NCBI GenBank assembly: GCA_963666485.2
Contig: CAXXUO010000001.1
Span: 1,184,001 to 1,248,000, forward strand
From: Syntrophorhabdaceae bacterium
Lineage (GTDB): Bacteria; Desulfobacterota; Syntrophorhabdia; Syntrophorhabdales; Syntrophorhabdaceae
Direction: 5' to 3'
Length of the DNA stretch: 64,000 nucleotides
The translations under genes were made by a program, and so were the position numbers. The notes beneath the pieces were generated by a model, which saw only the letters and a list, made by a program, of their open reading frames with translations, was not told the origin of the DNA and did not search any database. Position 1 is the stretch's first letter. Each line of letters begins with the position of its first letter. Shown here piece after piece: positions 18,276-26,950 of the stretch.

Positions 18276-19256
18276 TCAGTCATGTGCCTTGAGGAACTCC
18301 CGGACACACTCGAGGTAGGCATCCCGCTCCTCGAACATGGCGAGGTGAGAGCTTTGTTCAAATATCCGCAGCGCCGAATAGGGTACGTGCGACCGGTACC
18401 AGGCGGTCGCTGCGGGCGTTGCCTCGTCATGCCTGCCTGCGGTGAAAAGTGTCGGCACCTTTATCTCGCGAAGCCTTTCGACGCGTTCGTATGTCTTTAA
18501 GTTGCCCGTGGGATAGAATTCGCTCGGCCCCCACATTGTCCTGTATATCTTCTGGTTCGCCCGGTCAAATGCCTCCATGAGTTCCGCCGGCCACGGGCTT
18601 AAGCGGCACAGGTAATTCTTCAGGTATTCGGCGACCGCCGCCTCATATTCCCTTGAATCCGTCGTCCCCTCCCGTTCGTGGCGGCGGATAGCCTGGCGTG
18701 TTGTGAAAGGCAGTTTTTCAATCAGCTCGCGTGCATCGTCCGTCCAGCGCGCAACGCTCAGGCAGGGGCTCGCAAGCGTGAGGCTCTTTACCCCTTGGGG
18801 TTTCTTCAGCATGTAATCCACGGCCAGCATGGTGCCCCATGAGTGCCCGTACAGGTGGACCTCCTTCAGCTTGAGAGCCGAGCGGACCTGGCCTAACTCT
18901 TCGACAAACCTTTCGATGCGCCAGAGTTCGGGATTGTTCGGGTTATCCGACCTGCCGCAGCCCAGCTGATCGTAGACGATGACCGGCCGGTCTACAGAAA
19001 GCGCCTCGAGGGGCTTCAAGTAATCGCTCGAACTTCCCGGCCCTCCGTGAAGAAGAATAACGGGGGTCGCGTTTCCCGACCCCGTCACGCGGTACCAGAT
19101 CTTCCCGCCGGTAACCGGTATGTAGCCTTCGCGCACGCTCTGCCCGGAATAGAGGGCGCACGCGGAAAGACACAGGAGAAGGCATGCGGTGAATCCCCGT
19201 CGGAAATATCGCAGGAAGCGTATCATATATGGTCTCGACCCGGTGGCAGGCTTCAT
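18276..19256 (-). CDS. Proline iminopeptidase-family alpha/beta hydrolase
   Basis: LHGGPG, YDQLGCG.S, GHSWG nucleophile, GRHDE, SSH; possible lipoprotein signal. Confidence 0.92.
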   Translation of the reverse strand: MKPATGSRPYMIRFLRYFRRGFTACLLLCLSACALYSGQSVREGYIPVTGGKIWYRVTGSGNATPVILLHGGPGSSSDYLKPLEALSVDRPVIVYDQLGCGRSDNPNNPELWRIERFVEELGQVRSALKLKEVHLYGHSWGTMLAVDYMLKKPQGVKSLTLASPCLSVARWTDDARELIEKLPFTTRQAIRRHEREGTTDSREYEAAVAEYLKNYLCRLSPWPAELMEAFDRANQKIYRTMWGPSEFYPTGNLKTYERVERLREIKVPTLFTAGRHDEATPAATAWYRSHVPYSALRIFEQSSHLAMFEERDAYLECVREFLKAHD

Positions 19257-19369
19257 GATGCGAAATTTTATAACGGCTACAATACCCGTATGTCAAGAGC
19301 CCTGGAGCGCCTTGCTTTTACACCGGCCTTCATGATAATCTTCGGCGTCGGAAATAAAGAGGAGGCACC

Positions 19370-19864
19370 ATGGGACTGAGGTATGACGAAGTGAACGATC
19401 ATGTTATGGAACTTCTCAAAGAGGTGAGGTCCAAGGGCTTTCCCGAGCTCGTCAATGCAAAGATAAAGGTGCTGTTCGACCTGAAGAAGAGAAAATCCGG
19501 GGGAATGGTCGTTCTTGCCCGGATCATAAAGACAAATGACCTTATGCGGCACCTCACCCGGGACGGGGCCGACCAGCATAGCGGGTACGATTACATTATC
19601 ACCGTTGACAGGAAATGCTGGGACAATATCACCGACCTCGACAGGATAAAGATACTCCGGCACGAGCTGCGGCACACTTTCTTCGATATTGAATCAGAGG
19701 ATAACCCGTACAGGCTTTTAGATCACAGCATCTCGGATTTTCATGAAGAGGTTGACCTGAACAAGAACGACCCCCGCTGGCGCGAGCGCGTCGCAACCCT
19801 CACGGAAGACATATACGAACAAGAAAAAGAAGCACGTACTGAAAAAAAGAAGAAAAAAAACTAA
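19370..19864 (+). CDS. Putative metallopeptidase (phage-metallopeptidase-like)
   Basis: DYIITVD...W.......ILRHELRH zinc motif followed by H...DF; GAGG RBS. Confidence 0.72.
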   Translation: MGLRYDEVNDHVMELLKEVRSKGFPELVNAKIKVLFDLKKRKSGGMVVLARIIKTNDLMRHLTRDGADQHSGYDYIITVDRKCWDNITDLDRIKILRHELRHTFFDIESEDNPYRLLDHSISDFHEEVDLNKNDPRWRERVATLTEDIYEQEKEARTEKKKKKN

Positions 19865-19868
19865 AATA

Positions 19869-19939
19869 AGTTCAAAGTTCAAGGTTCAATGTTAAAAAAC
19901 CCTCTTTTTCATTGAACCTTGAACTTTGAACCTTGAACT
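19869..19939. repeat. Inverted pair of heptamer arrays (RGTTCAA / TTGAACY)
   Basis: AGTTCAA AGTTCAA GGTTCAA...TTGAACC TTTGAAC TTTGAAC CTTGAAC between convergent stops. Confidence 0.85.
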
Positions 19940-20438
19940 ATTTTTTCTGCGCTATTTGCAGCTGTATCCCCGTCTCTCCCTTATCCATTTTGCTTATCGC
20001 GACCGTTGCATGCCGGTTGTCTTTGTCATACGCCAGCGTTACGGTTGTCCCCATTGTCAATGCCGCGGATTCCTTCCATCCCTGCTGCTTCATTTGTTCC
20101 TTGTACGTCGCGGCGATCTTTTCCATATTTTCCTTGCTGATGAGGGTGAGGTGTACGATATCACCTGACGTCATTGCGTTGAGGATCTGCGTGTTGGGAT
20201 ATATCGGGACATCCTTCGGAAATGAAGCGGGGACCTCGACCTTGCCGCCCGATGTTACCGTCGTGTTCCCGTCTTTTACGGTCACCTTGCCCTGCGACAT
20301 GTCGACGCTTACCTTGCCGCCGCTCTTTTGCTGGACAAATTTTTCGATCGCCTTTTCTTCCGCGCTCTTGCCGCAGCCGGCAACAAAAGCCGCGAGGACA
20401 AGCACGGCCATACAAAGAATTGTAAGTTTTTTCGTCAT
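19938..20438 (-). CDS. Lipoprotein, hypothetical
   Basis: Lipobox VAGC; P..FPKDVPIYP and Y...M..QGW motifs. Confidence 0.82.
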   Translation of the reverse strand: MTKKLTILCMAVLVLAAFVAGCGKSAEEKAIEKFVQQKSGGKVSVDMSQGKVTVKDGNTTVTSGGKVEVPASFPKDVPIYPNTQILNAMTSGDIVHLTLISKENMEKIAATYKEQMKQQGWKESAALTMGTTVTLAYDKDNRHATVAISKMDKGETGIQLQIAQKK

Positions 20439-20501
20439 CTCGATCTCCTTATGGTTGTGTTGATCTCAAACCGTTTCTTCTTAAAAGCGTTTCCAGGCCC
20501 T

Positions 20502-21464
20502 TTACAGCTTTTCTTGAAGGCCTACGACTGCATAATGTGCTGCTCCCCACAAACCGCTGTCCTCGCTCAGTATCAGTGTGACCGGAATATTCGCAAGAAG
20601 ATCACCGAAATGCCGCGAATTCCCGAATTCCTTTCGGAAATGTTCGTTGTCCACCAGGAAACGGTTTCTCATCGCGACGCCCCCGGCAATATAAACACCG
20701 CCCAGTGCAACAACGGTAAGGGCATAATTGCGGGCCGCACGGGCGTAGAACCGCGCGAAAAGCTCGGTTGTCTGTGAATCGGGGCCGATCTCCGCCACCA
20801 CGTCAGCGGGAGCGAGATGACGCCCCGTGAGGAAGGAATGGAGGTGTGCAAGGCCCGGCCCGCTTACAACGACATCGCCGTAAGGGTACTCTACCCCGGT
20901 CTTTTCGAACAGATAATCACGATACCCGGTCTCCACCTTCCCGTAGAACGGAAATGCAGCGTGGCCAGCTTCCGATGGGAACGGCACGAACGTTCCCCTG
21001 TCGGTCACGGCGAGCGCACAGTGGCCGAGCCCGGTGCCGGCCCCGATGACGGCTATGTTTGCGCCGCCTTCGGCCACTCCCGGCTGGAGCGTCTGCGTCT
21101 TCAGATATTTCGCTATGGGGCATGCAAAGGCCTGCGCGACGAAGTCGTTTATCAGGAAGATCTTTGCGTTCGGCGAGGGGCCCTTAAGGCCCGAAATATC
21201 CACGGCCCACGGGACATTCGCCAGTTTCGCGCGCGTCCTGTCCTCGACGGCCCCGGGTACGGCAAGGACTATGGCATCCGGGCCCGTCTCAATCGGGAGC
21301 TCGCCCCTTTCGAGCGCCTTGTCGATCAGGTCCCTGAGCGAGGAAGCGCTGTGCGTTTTCAGCCAGAACCCTTTGACATACGATAATTCACCGGCGCCTG
21401 AGACCCTGAAATGGGCGAAACGGCTGTTCGTCCCGCCGATGTCGACAGCAATTATATTCACCAT
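20502..21464 (-). CDS. glk: Glucokinase (Glk family)
   Basis: DIGGTNSR, INDFVAQA, GAGTGLG, SEAGH, GGVYIAGG. Confidence 0.92.
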   Translation of the reverse strand: MVNIIAVDIGGTNSRFAHFRVSGAGELSYVKGFWLKTHSASSLRDLIDKALERGELPIETGPDAIVLAVPGAVEDRTRAKLANVPWAVDISGLKGPSPNAKIFLINDFVAQAFACPIAKYLKTQTLQPGVAEGGANIAVIGAGTGLGHCALAVTDRGTFVPFPSEAGHAAFPFYGKVETGYRDYLFEKTGVEYPYGDVVVSGPGLAHLHSFLTGRHLAPADVVAEIGPDSQTTELFARFYARAARNYALTVVALGGVYIAGGVAMRNRFLVDNEHFRKEFGNSRHFGDLLANIPVTLILSEDSGLWGAAHYAVVGLQEKL

Positions 21465-23500
21465 GTTTCGTGTACCTCGCTTTCGCTATCGATCCGTGCA
21501 ACACACATAATGTAATCGTGAACGACATCATACGAACCGTTCCGGGCCTGCCTTGCCAGCTCCTCTTTGAAAGCTTTTTCCATGTCCTGCCGGGAAGCCG
21601 GGTCCAGGGCATCGTAAAACGCCGTGCCTGCGCCCGACCTTAAAAGGTGGGCGAGGACATCTTCGGGCGATCGGCACCGGAATGCGATGCGTCCCCCGGT
21701 GATGCGTTCCGGGATGAACGAATTTTTTCTCAGCAGCCGCTCGATGTGTGGTTTGTCCTGCGGGAAATCGAAGTGCACGCGCTTTTTCAGGACCGAAGGG
21801 TTTTCCGCGACGAGCCTGTAGAAGATCCCGAGTTCCCTCTTCGGCGAGTTCTGCCTGTGGACGACAAAGGCGACGCGGCCCGGCCGTTTAAGGCAGACCC
21901 GCGCAGTCTCAAAAAAACTGTTCATTGGTATGTAGCCCAGGGCCCAGCTTGAAAAAATGAGATCAAAAGGTGCGCGGCGGGCCATTACGGCAAGCGCATC
22001 ACCCCTGTGATAACGCACCGTCCGATAACCCATCGAGACAGTGCGTTCCTTGGCGATGCCGATCATTCCCCGTGACAGGTCGGCGGCATCGATGCGGCAA
22101 CGAGGCCCCAGTTCCCCTGCCAGGAGGGATGTCGCAAACCCCGTACCGCAGCCTGCCTCAAATACGCTTACGGGCAATGGACGCAGCGCCGTTATGGCCC
22201 GGACAAGCTTGCGTATCGGCCCGCCCGCCTCAGACAGCCAGTACTCATCGTAATCCCTGTGTATAGTGTCGTATGCGTTTTTCAGTTCCGGGTTTCCCAC
22301 GGCCGGGGCGGCCCGTTTTTTCACGGAAAAGAACAGAGGGACCGAGCGGTCGGGAGGAAGGTGCTCCCGGCATAGCTGTTCGGATATTTCGCGCTTAACG
22401 GGCATCGGGCCGGGCGGGATATGGCGAGCGATGGTATGCCCGGCACATGACGTCCTCGGCCGCGTAAAGAACTTTCCCATTCTGTCGAGGATAACGGAAA
22501 GAGGTTCTTTCACAGCATTGCCGAAACTGAGCGGTACGAGATTGCACGGGCAGACCTCGCCCGATCCGTCGATATAAAGGTATGTAAGGCCGGCGCCGCA
22601 CCCGAAAGCCCGGGGGGATTCGAGGTAGGTGAAGGTCGATAGAACAGGCAGATCATCGCGGCGGGCCGCTTCTGCCTGGTAGCCCTCGATGCGCCTGCGC
22701 TCGGCAGGTTTCAGTGCGACATCGCCATGCCCTTTGAGCCTGCCCGTGGCGCACGGCTCAAGGAGGTGTACCTCGCGGGCGCCCGAGCGTCCCGCAAACG
22801 CGAGGAATTCCATGAAATAGCCCGGCCTGATGAGGTCCCGTGTGGCGACCGCCACGATGTAGGGGTAGAGCCCGGCATCCGACGCACGCCTTAAGGCCTG
22901 AAGGGCCGTCACATAGGCGCCGGGTTTTCCGCGCATCCTGTCGTGCTCATCCGGGTCCATCGAATCGAGGCTTATACCGACGGCGAAGAGGCCTTTATCT
23001 TTGAGGGAACGGGCACGGCTGTCCGTCAGGCCGGACCCCGTCGTATTGAGCATAAGGCACGATGAGCTGTCGAAAAGCCCCGCGATATCTTCGAGGTCAT
23101 CCCGTAAAAGCGGCTCTCCGCCCGAAAGGGTTATCATGACACTGCCCATGTCCGACAATTCGCGGGCTATCTTTTGAATGTCCGCGAACGACATGTCGTT
23201 TTGGGCACGCCCCGCATTTGAGCAGTGCCAGCAATGATAGTTGCACCGGTTCGTAACACCGAGGGTGACGGAATAGAGTGTCCGGTTATGGGGGTCCCCC
23301 AGCGCACCGAAATGCTCCGCGAGGCGATCAAAGGCCCCGCTTGGATAAGGGGGAAAATGAGTGTTGATGACGAACCGGTCGCCAAACCTGGTCGCTTTTT
23401 CGCGCGCCAGGTAATCCTTAAAGAACCCGGCTATTGAAGGGTGAAGGCCGGTAAAGGGCTCCCGGCCGGCAAGTCGATGGAAGAGGTCGCTTCCCCGCAT
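21458..23500 (-). CDS. Radical SAM (SPASM/twitch) protein fused to a class I methyltransferase
   Basis: CNYHCWHC; SGGEPLL; CGAG..YIDGSGEVCPC; C-terminal EAGCGTG and DLSRGM. Confidence 0.88.
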   Translation of the reverse strand: MRGSDLFHRLAGREPFTGLHPSIAGFFKDYLAREKATRFGDRFVINTHFPPYPSGAFDRLAEHFGALGDPHNRTLYSVTLGVTNRCNYHCWHCSNAGRAQNDMSFADIQKIARELSDMGSVMITLSGGEPLLRDDLEDIAGLFDSSSCLMLNTTGSGLTDSRARSLKDKGLFAVGISLDSMDPDEHDRMRGKPGAYVTALQALRRASDAGLYPYIVAVATRDLIRPGYFMEFLAFAGRSGAREVHLLEPCATGRLKGHGDVALKPAERRRIEGYQAEAARRDDLPVLSTFTYLESPRAFGCGAGLTYLYIDGSGEVCPCNLVPLSFGNAVKEPLSVILDRMGKFFTRPRTSCAGHTIARHIPPGPMPVKREISEQLCREHLPPDRSVPLFFSVKKRAAPAVGNPELKNAYDTIHRDYDEYWLSEAGGPIRKLVRAITALRPLPVSVFEAGCGTGFATSLLAGELGPRCRIDAADLSRGMIGIAKERTVSMGYRTVRYHRGDALAVMARRAPFDLIFSSWALGYIPMNSFFETARVCLKRPGRVAFVVHRQNSPKRELGIFYRLVAENPSVLKKRVHFDFPQDKPHIERLLRKNSFIPERITGGRIAFRCRSPEDVLAHLLRSGAGTAFYDALDPASRQDMEKAFKEELARQARNGSYDVVHDYIMCVARIDSESEVHETW

Positions 23501-23524
23501 ATCACCTCGCTGCCTTCGGATATA

Positions 23525-24931
23525 TTACGTGCAGCAGGCCGTGCCTTCCCCGATCCAGCAATGCAGGCAGAGTTTTTCACGGGGCAGGCCGATCGCGGCG
23601 ATCATGTCCTCCATTTTTTGATACTTCAATGTGGTAACATTGATCTCGCGGGCGATCCAGTCGACCATGGCCCTGTACTTGTCCGATGTCTCGTCAAGAT
23701 AACCGCTGACATCGTCCACGTGCCGCCCTTCTATGGCATTGATGGCGCGCCGGGCTGCGAGCTCATCGATGGAACGGGTCGACAGGGCGAACTTGCAGTG
23801 GAACATGAGAGGAGGGCACGCGGGCCGCACATGGATCTCTTTCGCCCCGGATTCCCACAGCTTGACCACGGTGAAATTCTTGAGCTGCGTGCCCCGGACG
23901 ATCGAGTCTTCACACAGTACGATCCGGTTGCCCTTTATGATCTCCCTCACGGGGATAAGCTTCATTGTCGCGACAAGGTCGCGTATTTCCTGCGATGGCG
24001 GCGTATAGCTCCTTCCGTAACCGGGGGTGTACTTCACAAGAGGCCTGCGGTAGGGAAGCCCTGATTCCATCGCATAGCCGATCGCATGGCCTACCCCTGA
24101 ATCGGGGACCCCTGCGACAAGGTCGGCCTCGACATTGTCATTTTTTGCCAGGAACCTCCCGGAGCGTTCCCTGACGACCTCGACGCTTATCCCTTCGTAG
24201 CTTGAAGCGGGATAGCCGGTGTATATCCAGAGGAAGGAACAGATCTGGTTCTGCGCTCCCCCGGTGGACAGGGTATTGAAACCGTCCCGGTCTATTACGA
24301 CGATCTCGCCGGGTTCTAAGTTTTTCATCTTGTGAAACCCGAGATTTAAAAATGAGCAGTCTTCGGTGGCCACCACGTAATCGCCGTCTTTCTCACCGAT
24401 AACGAGCGGCGTCCGGCCAAGCCTGTCCCTGGCTGCAAAAAGCCCCTCTTCTGTAAGGAGCAGGATAGAGGCGGACCCTTCTATCCGGTCGTATACCCTC
24501 CTGATCCCGTCAAGTATCGTATCCCCCTGCGTGATCAGCTTCGCAATGAGCTCGACAGAATTTATCTCCCCGCCGGACATTTCGCTGAAGGTCTCACCGG
24601 TAGAGAGGATCTCCCTGGCCAGTTCATTCGTGTTCTCGACGATACCCGTGGAGACTATGGCGAACGTCCCGAACTTTGAACAGATAATGAGCGGCTGTGC
24701 ATCGCGGTCGCTTATGACGCCTATGCCCGCACTGCCCTCCATTTCCTTGAAATCTTCATAAAATTTCGATTTGAACTGGGACTTGCGTATGTCGTGGATG
24801 CTTCTGTGGAACCTGTCCCCGAGCACCGCCATCCCGCCGTATTCCGTTCCCATGTGAGAATGATAATCGGTGCCGTACAGGAGATTGCTCGCGCAATTGT
24901 TCTTCGCTATTATACCGAAAACACCGCTCAT
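23525..24931 (-). CDS. purF: Amidophosphoribosyltransferase homologue (N-terminal Ser instead of Cys)
   Basis: ARDRLGRTPL, GVPDSG, EDSIVRGT PRPP loop, Fe-S Cys (CSF, HC, CLHC); GGAGG RBS precedes MSGVFG. Confidence 0.9.
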   Translation of the reverse strand: MSGVFGIIAKNNCASNLLYGTDYHSHMGTEYGGMAVLGDRFHRSIHDIRKSQFKSKFYEDFKEMEGSAGIGVISDRDAQPLIICSKFGTFAIVSTGIVENTNELAREILSTGETFSEMSGGEINSVELIAKLITQGDTILDGIRRVYDRIEGSASILLLTEEGLFAARDRLGRTPLVIGEKDGDYVVATEDCSFLNLGFHKMKNLEPGEIVVIDRDGFNTLSTGGAQNQICSFLWIYTGYPASSYEGISVEVVRERSGRFLAKNDNVEADLVAGVPDSGVGHAIGYAMESGLPYRRPLVKYTPGYGRSYTPPSQEIRDLVATMKLIPVREIIKGNRIVLCEDSIVRGTQLKNFTVVKLWESGAKEIHVRPACPPLMFHCKFALSTRSIDELAARRAINAIEGRHVDDVSGYLDETSDKYRAMVDWIAREINVTTLKYQKMEDMIAAIGLPREKLCLHCWIGEGTACCT

Positions 24932-25126
24932 GATAAGCCTCCTTGGGTCTTCTGATACATTTGTCTGGTGATGAATTGTCCGATAGGGATATGATATATA
25001 CATTCCGGTTAAATTTCCACAGGAATGAACCACCGGGACCGGCCGTTGAAATCATTACTGTGGCGGCCGCTTATAAGGAAAGGGGCACGCGCCGCATGTC
25101 CAGGGCCATCTTGAAAGAGGTGAACG

Positions 25127-25774
25127 ATGTCATCACTTATATTCTACACCGATGAAAAACAGGCCCTCGTCGCATTCGATACGCTTATTGTCTCCCCGGA
25201 CAATAAAGAGCCGCTCTATTTCGCGACCAGGGCGATATACATGCCGCATTTGAGGACAATTATCGCCTCGACGGGCACGCCCCGTTTTCTGGAACAGTGG
25301 TTCTGCATCGTCAACCAGATGCCGGTCAGCGATATCCTGGACCTGAACGAGTATTCACAGGGCAATCTCGCACAACTGTTCGATTGGTTCAATTCGGTGA
25401 ATGAATACAGCGCCCCGGAGGAAGCTACCATCTATCATATCGGCATCCCGGAGAAAGATAGCAGGATACATTCTTTCGCATACAGTTCGTCGAGTTCCTT
25501 CAAGCCCGAACTGCTGGCGCACGGGCTTGCCATTTTGCCGCCCTGTCCCGTGCCGGAAGGCGAGTTCAGGTTCGTCGACCACGTACCCGGCCTTATGAAG
25601 AGGCAGCGTGAAGAGCAGGGAAAGGTGGACGTCGATAAGAGGATATATATCGGCGGTGAGATATACGGGATGTACCTCACGCCCGAGGGCTGCAACTCCT
25701 TCAAGCTCGGCTCTTTTGACGATTACCCGGCCGACAGGCAAAAGGTCGCCGCGAGGCGGCTGGAAGAAAGCTAG
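25127..25774 (+). CDS. Hypothetical protein
   Basis: GAGG RBS and a clean 215-aa ORF; N-terminus MSSLIF...LVAFDT; family uncertain. Confidence 0.7.
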   Translation: MSSLIFYTDEKQALVAFDTLIVSPDNKEPLYFATRAIYMPHLRTIIASTGTPRFLEQWFCIVNQMPVSDILDLNEYSQGNLAQLFDWFNSVNEYSAPEEATIYHIGIPEKDSRIHSFAYSSSSSFKPELLAHGLAILPPCPVPEGEFRFVDHVPGLMKRQREEQGKVDVDKRIYIGGEIYGMYLTPEGCNSFKLGSFDDYPADRQKVAARRLEES

Positions 25775-25793
25775 CCCGGCGCGCGAAGGCGGG

Positions 25794-26522
25794 TCATTTC
25801 CCGTAAAACGGGCATTCTTCGGCCAGGCATTCCTTGTTCAGGTGATGAAAACCGCAGCGCAGTTCCCCGCCCGGGGAAAGCGATATGCCGGGCGACTCCT
25901 GAAGAAAGGAGACGGCCTCCCGGATAGCGAGGAATGAATTCCTTTTGCAGCACCTCGGCCCTCCATGGGCGGCGATCGCAAAGAGGCTTTTGGCGGTCAT
26001 GAGGTTCGCGAGCCGCCACTCCTTTCTGGACAACGGTGTCGCACCCGTCAATACGCTGACCGCTATCCCGGTGCCCACCGCGGCCCCGCAGTCTCCGTAG
26101 AAACCGCAAAATCCCCCGGGGACCTTTTCCGCCCGCTGCCGGGCTTTCCTGAGATCGCCCTCCTTTCCGGCGCGGTCGCCATGCGCGACATTGTGGCAGG
26201 CAGAAATGAGCACCGCCGGGACCAGGAAATGATGCTCCGGCCCGTGCATCTTGACCCGGGGGTGGTGCATCAGGTGGATCGCCATTTCCACGGGGTCCGC
26301 CGACGTGCTTTTCAGGCAGTACTGCTCGATAATATCATTTGCTGCGAGGCTGTGGCACCTGTCGCAGACGTAATGCCCGGCTTCACATGAGACATTCGAA
26401 CGGTATGTCTCCTTGCAGTAGAAGCACAGGGCGTCCTCACCTTCCTGGCGGTACACGAGCTCTTTCCCGCAGACATAACAATTATTCTTATGGTCCAGGC
26501 ACGGCCTCCATTCTCTGCACAA
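25794..26522 (-). CDS. Cys-rich metal-binding protein (DUF5714-like; start uncertain)
   Basis: N-terminal CxxC pairs; MHGPEHH; PGGFCGFYGDCG; GPRCCKR. Confidence 0.8.
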   Translation of the reverse strand: MCREWRPCLDHKNNCYVCGKELVYRQEGEDALCFYCKETYRSNVSCEAGHYVCDRCHSLAANDIIEQYCLKSTSADPVEMAIHLMHHPRVKMHGPEHHFLVPAVLISACHNVAHGDRAGKEGDLRKARQRAEKVPGGFCGFYGDCGAAVGTGIAVSVLTGATPLSRKEWRLANLMTAKSLFAIAAHGGPRCCKRNSFLAIREAVSFLQESPGISLSPGGELRCGFHHLNKECLAEECPFYGK

Positions 26523-26593
26523 TTTTAAGCCGAAACGGCGTTGAAAGCAAACGCGGCGATGCTTTACCTCCCGTTCGGGATGGCAGGATGTAT

Positions 26594-26620
26594 TAAGTTT
26601 TTGCCTGAATATACCGATTA
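26594..26620 (+). promoter_or_regulatory. Putative sigma-28-type promoter
   Basis: TAAG-N15-ACCGATTA upstream of the 26708 ORF. Confidence 0.5.
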
Positions 26621-26707
26621 TTTCCTTGAAATGGAACGGGCCAAAAAAAGTGTAAGATCACGCGCCGCACGGGTTGCCAAATACAGGCAAGGAGATTATA
26701 TTCAGCT

Positions 26708-26950
26708 ATGACAACGGATGAACAAAAGATGGTTTCCCGTTACGTTGACCAGGCATTCAGGGGAAGGACGATACGCCAGGAATATCCTGTATGCGAATGC
26801 GGGAAGATATTCAATGAAAAGGACCTTTGCGACGCGCCGGGCGTGTTTTTCAAAAGCGTCGATGTTTTCGGTAAGACCTTCACGCTTATAGAACCCGTCT
26901 GCCCGATATGCAAGCGAAAGATCCCCGCCAGTTTTAATATATTGAATTAA
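26708..26950 (+). CDS. Small putative zinc-binding hypothetical protein
   Basis: CECG...CPIC; AGGAG RBS. Confidence 0.72.
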   Translation: MTTDEQKMVSRYVDQAFRGRTIRQEYPVCECGKIFNEKDLCDAPGVFFKSVDVFGKTFTLIEPVCPICKRKIPASFNILN

